From: Sminthopsis crassicaudata
Lineage: Eukaryota
Assembly (NCBI RefSeq): GCF_048593235.1
Contig: NC_133618.1
Location: 59,864,478 to 59,928,477 of the forward strand
Reading direction: 5' to 3'
DNA: 64,000 nucleotides
Each line of letters begins with the position of its first letter. Positions within the stretch are counted from its first letter, which is position 1. Under the pieces are notes generated by a model. That model searched no databases and had not been told where the DNA came from. It saw only the letters and a list, made by a program, of their open reading frames with translations. A program made the translations under genes and the position numbers. Shown in pieces: positions 55,899 through 64,000 of this stretch.

Positions 55899-58800
55899 AT
55901 GGGCATGGATATGGAGGAGGAGCAGGAGTCGGCAGCCCCCCAAGGTAATGGGCGACCCCTCGGGGTTGGTGGGTGGATGGTCTCGGAGAAATTCCGAACA
56001 TCCTGGAGTTGTTTTCCCAGGGACAGGCAATCAGCCACTTACCACCCAATCGAGGTGACAAAGCACAGTGGAGGAGCAACGGGGTCTGGAACTGGAGAGC
56101 CGAGGTTTTTGTGGGCCAGGTGATCTTGGACAAGTAACTTATGTGACCTCTCAGGAACTCAGTTCTCATCTTTGATCTAAATGATCTTTTAGCCCTAAAT
56201 ATACTTTGGTGTCCCCCTTTGTGGCCCTTAACTAGATGGCATTTAAAGATGTATAAAGTCCTACTAATCCAGAGTGGTTCCAGGAGTCAGGCTGACCAGT
56301 CTGGGGCCCAGCTTCTAGGATCCCAGCTTCAGTGACTTCCTGTCAGGAACAAGGGAGTGGGAAACAGCTGTGGCTGAATCCCCTTCCTGCCTCCCCCACT
56401 CCACCCCCTTCCACCCAAGCAGACTCGGAGTGGCCCGAGCTAGAGAAGGCAGAAAGGTTGGCCAGAGGGGCAGCTCTGAAGTGGGCCTCAGGCATCTTCT
56501 ACAGCCCTAAGCAGCTGACCAGGCTGGACCGATACCGAAGCCGGGAAGCCCAGAGAATGTGCTCCATCGAGTCCCGAATCAAGGTGAGGCCAGGGAGAGG
56601 TATGAGGCGGGCTCCCTAAAAGTCATAGTCCATCCCTGGGCCATCTTTCCCATTCTGCCCATGCTCTGAGGGACCTTCTCTATCCCTCCACTGCAGGGTG
56701 AGACCTGCCACTGACCTCCCCAAGCTCTCTCCCCACAGTCTACTGTGCAGTCATACTTGGAAAGTGTGCAGACAGGCCTTGAACAGCTAGGCCTGGCGCT
56801 GAAGGAGGTCCAGGAGGCTCGGGAAGCCCTGGTTGAGGCGCAGGGGGCACTCAGGAGCCAGGCCGAGGCTGCCCACAACTTACAACCTCTCCGGGAGCTG
56901 GCCCATCAGCATGGACAGCTGCAGGCCGTGACACTCCTACTGCCCCAACTCTTGGCAGGTGAGTAAGCAAGAGAGTGCCATGCAGTACCCTTGGGCTCTT
57001 TCTGCCCAGGCTCATTGGATTAAGTAGAAGAGACTCCCCTGGGAGCTCACCCGAGTCAATATAGAAAAGAAAATGGAGGGGACAGCTAGGGGGCGCAGTG
57101 GATAGAGCACCAGCCTTGAATTCAGGAGGACCCGAGTTCAAATGTGGTCTCAGACACTTAACACTTCCTAGCTGTGTGACCCTGGGCAAGTCTCTTAACC
57201 CCAGCCTCAAAAAAAAAAAAAAAAAAAAAGAAAAAAGAAAAAGAAAGAAGAGGGAAAAGAAAATGGAAACCCAGAGAGCTTCAGAAAGCCTGGCTAAGAT
57301 TGAAACCCCATCTTCTGAACTCAGAGCTGGTGTTCTTTCTACCAGACTATGTTGCCCTTGAGTACCAGCACTGGGGCTTACCCCTTACCCAGCTGGTTTT
57401 ACAGACTGCATCTAACCCATGCTTGTTGGGGAGCTTGGGGACAGAGAACTCTGGGCCTTTCTAAAGTACGACTGAGCCACAGTGATATGTAAACCAGCAC
57501 CAAAGGCCAGAAAATCCTGAGATTCTTTGGGATTTTTGTTTGTATCAATGCTTTCTAAATTTAAATTCTCACATAGAGGTTTAATAAATGTTTGCTAGAC
57601 TGAATTTTACCAATGAGGAAACTGATGCACAGAGAAGTGCTATAAATGCCCCAAAGTCACCTAGCTGGTTCAGGAGAGATCTGAAGAAGTCCTGATGGCC
57701 AGCCCATTTCTAGGCTCCTTCGGGACTACTTCCTTATCTCCTACTTCTTCCTTCTTTCCACAGTACCCGAAGCTGTGGCCAGAACCCAGGCCCTGATCAA
57801 GGGCAATCAATTTCTGGAGGCCTATGCGGTGCTACGGGAGCTGGAGCAGCTGCGGGATGAGGTGTTAGACCCCACTGGGGGACCAGAGCTGTCCCTCTTT
57901 GAGGGCTTGGCCCCTCTGGGGGAGGAGCTGGGCCTCGCTGTGGGGAAAGTGGTGGGTTCTGCTCGGCAGCTGGCACGAGATGACCCAGCCCTGCTAGTAG
58001 CTGCAGTGCGAGTAGCAGAGTTTGAGGAGGAAAGGGATAGTCAGCTGCAGTCACCATCCCCTGGGCGGCCCAGAGCCTGGCGCCAGCGCTGCTTGGGGGC
58101 CCTTCAGAGGGCCCTGGAGGAAGCCTATTTTGAGGCACCAGCTCCTGCCCCTTCAGGCCTGGCAGGACACCTGGCAGCTCTTCGAGAAGCTCTGCCTGCT
58201 GAACTAGCCCTGGCTGAGGCCCTCGTAGCACCCTGCTGCCCTGGAGAATATGGGGTTGTGAAGCTGTGGGCCCACACCTTGCACCTGGGCCTCTGCCAGT
58301 ACCTGCAGCGGCTTCTGGAGTCTGAGGACCTGGGCACTCAGGACATCTTCACTTTGTTGCACTGGGCCCTGCATATCTACCCAGGGTCAGTGCCAGGCAG
58401 AGGGTGGCGAGGACGACATTGAGGGTGGGCAGGACAAATCCAGGAGGCTGACCTGAGAATGGAGGGAACCCTAGTTTTTCACTGCTATATGCTTTCCCTC
58501 AGGCCTGATATGATGGGTCATCCTGACCTTAGTCCTGAGGCTGACATCTCTGAGCTAGAACCTTTGCTGTCCCCAGAGGCTGTAGACCTGCTGGAGAGAA
58601 CATATACGGAAAAACTCAAGGTGAGGATGCAAAGAAACAGGTTCAGGCAAAAAAGACATGTACAGGTTCCATTCCATAGGGCCTACCTACTCTTCTTTCT
58701 CTAACTCCAGCCAGGACTGGCTATCTCTACATATTTCCTTGGTCTTCTGTGAGGGCTAATAAAATGTTTTAGAAAAATGCCACCTCTGTCTTTTTGGAAA

Positions 58801-61800
58801 AGACACACAGACAATTCAGCTAGATTAGGCAATAAGAGGAAACTCATTTTTTCTGTAAAAGGAGAGGATTGGTCTAGATGATTTTTCAGCTCTGGATGCT
58901 GGCCATGATCCCCAAACAAGCTCCTAGTATCTGACCATGAGGAAGGACCTTTAGGACCATTTAGGTCAGAGATGTCAACCACATACCCTGAGTAGCGTGC
59001 ACGCTCCCCAGACACTCCCGAGTATGTTGGGAACCACATGAAAATGTCATCAGGAAATATTTTCACAAAATAAAATCTAGTTTTAGTTTGTGGTTTTCTA
59101 AGTCAAAATGCTACCACAGGTTTTAGTGGTCCCCATTTCTACTGCACACCATTGACAAGTGCAATTTCTCCCTGAAGAGAAATCCTGCAGATCTCGTGGC
59201 TAGGCAGTCAGCTTGCCTCTGCTTTGAAGACCCCCAGTGAGGGGAACCCTTCCAGGACAGCCCATTCCACTTCATGAGAGCGCTCACCTTGCTCAGATGT
59301 GCTAATTCTTAGGAAGTTGGGCTGGTCTCTTCTGGGGATATTGCTTCTTCACAGAGGGGATGTATGTGTGTGTGTGGGTGGATATATATGTATATCTAGA
59401 ATCCTCTTTATTGTGCTGCTCCTTGTTTTTGTTTTCTAGAGGATGGGGTGGGAAGGAGGAGGCAATCAGGCTAAATGTCTAGCCCAGGGTCACACAGCTA
59501 ATAAGTGTCTTGAATGAACTGAGATTCAAATCTGGACTCTGGACTCCAAGGCTAGTACTCTATCCACTGAGCCCCCTAACTATCCCCTAGGTCTTTTCTC
59601 TGTTTATGTGTTTCCTCCCACCTATCTTTACCTCAGTTAAGCATAGCAGAGTGGCTGCAGAAGGCCTTGGATGGAGAGATGGCTGAATGGTTCCGAGAAC
59701 AGGAGCCTGACATTGACCCTGAAGGCTTCTATCATTCTTCCCTGCCTGCGGTTGTTCTGCAGGTGAGTGGGTGGCTGTCAAAGGTGGGGGAGGAATATTG
59801 GGGGAAAGGGGTGAAGAGCATTGCTTAAGGTAGGGGAAATGACATTTGTTCTGGGAAGTTCTGGCTAACAGTGTGCCCTTTCCCCCAGATCCTAGATGAA
59901 AATATCCGGGTGACAGCTGTGATCAGCGCTTCTTTGCAGGATAGAATATACAGCATGACCCTGAGGGAGCTGGGCACCTTCCTGAGGAGGTTTGTGCTAC
60001 CCCTATCCCAAAGTGACTTATAAAATATGTATGATCACCAGAGAATCCACTGTAGACACTCCCATGATGGGAAAACGTGAGGGCACTCTGAGGCAAAAAA
60101 AAGGCAGCTGGACTTAGAACAAAGAAGGTAGTATGCCCTAGGAAGGAGAATACTGCCTCTGAACTCACCTTTGAAGCTTACTATATGACCTCAGGAAGGT
60201 CACTAAAATCTCTCTGGATCTCAGTTTCCTCTTTTGTAAAATGAGGGGATAGGGTAGACTAGATGGCCTTTGAAGTCTTTTCCATAATGATACAAGCAGG
60301 CCCCTGTTTTTGCTTAGAGTCCAGGGTTCCCTAATGGATGGTAATGGGAAGGAGGGCTCATCCCATTTAAGATGAGTTTCTTGCAGAGACACTGGCGCTA
60401 GCAGCTGGTCTTTTCAGGCTCTGGCTCCCCTGTGCCTTGTCCTCCTCTCCTAACCTCATTGCCCCCCAAGTTTGGATAGGGAGAGTGGATACTAAGGTGC
60501 TGGTCCTGCTCACCTATTATTCTTGGCCATAGCCTCATCGAAGCACTGGAACGTTTCTCCCAAGAACACCTGAGGGATGCGTCTAGGCCCCATCACTATG
60601 TGCCGTACCTGCTGGCCTGCCTCAATCACTACGCTGCCCTAAGGTATTCATTGTACAGAGAGATGAAAGAACTTTGGGAAAACAGGCTACCAGGGAGGGT
60701 GACAAGGCCATGGGACTGGGGACAAGACAACTCGGGCATCTTGGAAGTTGTAAACTTTCTGTATATGTAGTGACTGAGGCTAATTCAATTCAATTCAGCT
60801 CATGGAGTTTATGTTATGTACCTATGGTATGCTAGACTCTGGGCTACCAAGACACAAAAGGTCTCTGCCCTCAGGGAATTTTCATTCAACTAAGGGCAAT
60901 ATACTCTATAGGGCAATTCACTATAAAATCTCTTCAAGAAGTCTTCAGTTTTAAAGGTATCCCTGTTCTGGTGGCAAAACCACTGGATTTTGGAGTCAGG
61001 GGCCGTGGATTCAAATTCCATTAAGCAACTGACTAGCTGGGTGATCTTGGAAAAATCATGTTCTAGGATGTCCTAAGACCTGTGTCCTCATCTGCAAAAT
61101 GAGGGGTTTGAATTCCACGGTCCTTTTAGCCTGGGAGAAGCTCTGTTTATTCTTAGTTTCTTCTGGGAATCAAACTATATAAGCTTTTCCACCTCATAAC
61201 CCTTCAAAGTGGGTGAGCAAATATTTTCATCTCACAGAGAAGGAAGAGATGGGTTGGAAAGGATTTGAGTTCATTCCACTCATCAAACATGAAGCACCCT
61301 TTGTCACTGCTCTAGGTGATAGGGATACTGAGGGAAAATATTGTTATATGATCTCTTGTCTTTTAGGAACATACATTCCAATAAAAGAATCAAAATATAC
61401 ACAGAGAAGTAAATTCAAAATACAGATGAAGTGATTGAGAAAGAGCATTCAAGCTCTAGTTTGTGGAAACAGTATAAATTGTGAACTGACTGAGCTCATA
61501 ATTAATGGCAATCAGAATTTAAATTCTGTGCTCTTTCCACTGCCTCAGGCTAAATAAGGATGAATGATCCAACATGTACACTTGGCTTTCTTTACACCTT
61601 CCTTGTCTCTGCCCTCTCCCACCATGCAGTTCTTCAGTCTCCCTCCTGCAGCCCGCTGGGGTGTCCACTGCCACTGGGGTCTCAGCCACCATTGATACAG
61701 CCCTTGGAGACTTCAAGAGGAAGATATGCAAACTAATCTTGGATGCCTTGCTAGAGGAGCTACAGGTCTGGACTGGGGCCATACCGTACTCATCCCCGCT

Positions 61801-63040
61801 TCCCCCCCACTGGGGTCAGAGTAGAGATGCTGGACCCGGGAAGGAGGAGGAAGAGATCTAACTTTGGCTCCTCTGCTCTCAGCCCATGTTCGTTGCCCTG
61901 CCTTCTCGTCAGTGGCTGTCCAGCCAGGTGATGCTGGACAACGTGTGTGAACAAATAGCCCGCTTCTGCTCAGGATTCTCCAGAGTGCGGAGTCCCATGG
62001 CTCAGGTGCGCTTTATTAGCTGCTGGATCTCCCGCAAATGATTTAACCCATCTGAACCTCACTTTCCCCATTTGTAAAATGAGGATCAGATTCACTGTAA
62101 GATTCCTTTCAGCTCTTAATACTATCTCCGCTTTCATGCCACCCCAAACCCAGACCCTCCGGCTCCTTTCACTCCATTTCCTTCACCNNNNNNNNNNNNN
62201 NNNNNNNNNNNNNNNNNNNNNNNNNNNNNNNNNNNNNNNNNNNNNNNNNNNNNNNNNNNNNNNNNNNNNNNNNNNNNNNNNNNNNNNNNNNNNNNNNNNN
62301 NNNNNNNNNNNNNNNNTATCCACCCCGTTCTCTGGGCTCAAAGATGCTGCTGGCTGAGAGCGAGCGCGCCGTCGTGCTGGAGTATCTTCGGGGCTTGATG
62401 CAGGGAAAGCTCGTGTGCCGGAACTCGGCGGAAAGGATGCAGGCGTCGGAGCGAATGTTGCAGGACTCAGCCCAGCTCCGGGAGCTCTTCCTTAGCTTGG
62501 TGAGAGCCTGGCTTGCTGAGGGCTGCTTGGGCCACGGGGTCGGAGATGAGTAGTGCCCCGTGCTCCCTCCCTGGGTCTCGGCTTCGCGGCCCATCCCCGG
62601 CCTTCAGACTGGGCCTCTTGTTCCAGGAGCTGGAGGAGAGCGCGCAGACCGGGGCAGTTTTGGGCGCCCTCCAGGAGCTGTTCCGCCTCCAGGACCCAGC
62701 GCTGCTCAGCCTCGAAGTGTCCAGCTTCTTACACAAATTCCCCGACGTGAGGTACTTGGAGGCTGGCTAGACCAATCTTCGGAAGGGGAGGGGAGGCCTA
62801 TCTTCTTGGGCAAGGAGACCCAGCCCCACACACCTCTCTCTCCCCAGCGAGGAACATATCGGGGCGCTCCTGGACGTGCGCGGGGACGTATCCCGGGAGC
62901 AGCGTCAGGTCGTCTTGGAGACTATGCAGGCCAACCCTCCCCCGTCACCGCCGCCCGACGGCCACCGCCCGCTCTTCAGTCTGGTGCCAGTACCCTCTCC
63001 TCCGTTGGCCTTCTGCTTTTCCGCAGGGACCTGCTCCTGA
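55899..63040 (+). CDS. EXOC3L1: Exocyst complex component 3-like protein 1, complete, 745 aa
   Basis: Thirteen coding exons: 55899-55944 (gccATGG), 56423-56583 (EWPELEKAERLARGAALKWASGIFY; alternative AAG at 56420), 56739-56958, 57764-58385 (DDPALLVAAVRVAE; LVAPCCP), 58503-58620, 59637-59762, 59889-59989, 60533-60643 (HYVPYLLA), 61630-61765, 61883-62005, 62344-62499, 62627-62751 (LQDPALLSLEV…FPDV), 62848-63040 (LFSLVPVP…GTCS, TGA). 2238 nt, in phase. Confidence 0.94.
57078..57253 (+). mobile_element. Young WSINE1-like SINE with poly-A tail and target-site duplication
   Basis: Body nearly identical to the copy at 52570. Long A tail. Exact 14-bp direct repeat gaaaagaaaatgga at 57064-57077 and 57254-57267. 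Confidence 0.95.
59461..59588 (-). mobile_element. Older marsupial tRNA-derived SINE
   Basis: gcccagggtcacacagctaataagtgtc…gagattcaaatc…gactccaaggctag…ctatccactgagccccctaactatcccc. Confidence 0.7.
60955..61125 (+). mobile_element. MIR-like SINE
   Basis: cactggattttggagtcagggg…ggattcaaattcc…ctagctgggtgatcttgg…ctcatctgcaaaatgagggg. A similar copy lies near 60130-60285. Confidence 0.6.
62188..62316. other. Assembly gap, 129 N, in an EXOC3L1 intron
   Basis: Run of N. The flanking exons (ending 62005, starting 62344) join in frame, so no coding exon needs to be hidden in the gap. Confidence 0.98.
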
Positions 63041-63065
63041 GCGGGCGGCAGAGATGGAACCTCCC

Positions 63066-63071
63066 AATAAA
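63066..63071 (+). terminator. EXOC3L1 polyadenylation signal
   Basis: AATAAA 25 nt after the stop codon. Confidence 0.75.
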
Positions 63072-63099
63072 CGCCCAGAGCCGCGGCTCCCGAGTCTGT

Positions 63100-64000
63100 G
63101 CGTGGGAGGGAGCCGGACTGCTCCGCTAGCATCCTCCTTGCTCAGCCTAGGCCGATTGTAGCATACCCAGTGGGAGGGGCGGGGTTGGGGAAGGGGGAAG
63201 AGCCCGGGATGGGGATGGGGGGCCAGGGGTGAGGCCAGCCCTTATCTAGGGAGGAGAGATACCACGAACCTCGGTTTGAGGGCGGGATCACATTGCAAAG
63301 GGGCGGGGAGGGGCGGGACTGTGTAGGGGCCGGGCCGCCGGATTCGCCGCTCGTATGCTGATTGCTTTGCCCTGCACGGCGAGACAACGCGGCAGCTAGC
63401 GACTTAAACGAATCAGAAGGGCTCGTAGAAACCCCGCCCCTTGGTAGGCGGAGCCTAAGGCTTAGGGCCCCGGGCTGGAGCTATAGCACGGGGGTTCCTC
63501 TTCTTTACCACCTCCAGTCTCCTCGTCCTTGCCCCCAAAGAATAGTCCCCGAGGAAACCCCCGCTTCTCGCGCAGCCGCAAACGCTGACGCGAGCACGTC
63601 GCGTGCGTGCATGCGTGCCGGCGTCGGGCTCCGAGGAGCCGGCTTTCGGCTGCAGTGCGGACTCGGTGCTGTGGAGCCGGACGGAACCTAGCGGAGTAGG
63701 CAGGTGGGGCGGGGCTGGGGGGGCGGGTTCGGGGCAGGTCGGGCTGACGCCTAAAGCAGGCTCCTTGACATCCATACCCTCCCGTCTTTTTCATGCTACA
63801 CGGAGCCCCTTCCCACCCTTTACTATTTGTTAGCGGGGCCGTCCTCTTCCCTGGGGGACTTAGGGGCTCGTTCTTTGTGAGCTGAGGGACCACCCATTGG
63901 CTCGTGGCCACGCCCCTATGTAGCTCCTCCCCCTCCCGGATCCTCGGTTTCTTATTGGTCCTCGGTCATTCTCCTTCTTGCCCCTCCCCGTCCCTCCCCC
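63100..64000 (+). promoter_or_regulatory. CpG-island promoter of the next gene (by synteny probably MATCAP1/KIAA0895L), possibly with a non-coding first exon ending at 63703
   Basis: CpG-dense, with several GC boxes, NRF1-like gcgtgcatgcgt near 63604-63616, candidate donor cag|gtgggg at 63704, and reverse CCAAT boxes near 63896 and 63954. Gene identity comes only from remembered human gene order; no coding sequence is seen. Confidence 0.55.

Noticed and set aside
56417-56422. NAGNAG acceptor (AAGCAG) at EXOC3L1 coding exon 2
   Set aside because: A real pattern but common, and it changes only one residue. Noted in the gene model.
62079-62594. ORFs spanning the N run
   Set aside because: Artefacts of translating through the assembly gap.

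Overview
Eukaryotic, intron-rich, gene-dense vertebrate DNA, almost certainly marsupial (tRNA-headed WSINE1-like SINEs, marsupial-type L1 3' ends and RTE-tailed SINEs suggest a dasyurid-like Australian marsupial; this is inference). The gene order matches the human 16q22.1 block. It holds the 3' part of FHOD1 (+), complete TMEM208 (-), LRRC29/FBXL9 (+), ELMO3 (-), E2F4 (-) and EXOC3L1 (+), then a CpG-island promoter of the next gene (by synteny MATCAP1/KIAA0895L). I spliced all six genes by hand. Every junction keeps frame, giving TMEM208 173 aa, LRRC29 633 aa, ELMO3 720 aa, EXOC3L1 745 aa and E2F4 398-414 aa. About 12.4-29.5 kb (LRRC29 introns 1-2) is AT-rich and packed with retroelements. 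I see no unambiguous new biological system. The most interesting observations are: (1) the antisense strand of the ELMO3 intron-13 branch point/polypyrimidine tract aligns without gaps to the human miR-328 precursor as I remember it, but folds only weakly and has a different seed, i.e. a candidate proto-miRNA; (2) a 44-46 bp minisatellite makes four tandem copies of an FHOD1 splice donor; (3) two frame-preserving FHOD1 cassette exons (24 and 63 nt); (4) the E2F4 AT-AC U12 intron carries a young SINE near its donor; (5) a degenerate repeat with TEAD-type motifs next to the TMEM208/LRRC29 bidirectional promoter; (6) an inverted pair of related L1 3' ends in one intron. Comparisons with human or mouse sequences are from memory, not from searches. 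Repeat family names and the boundaries of old repeats are approximate.
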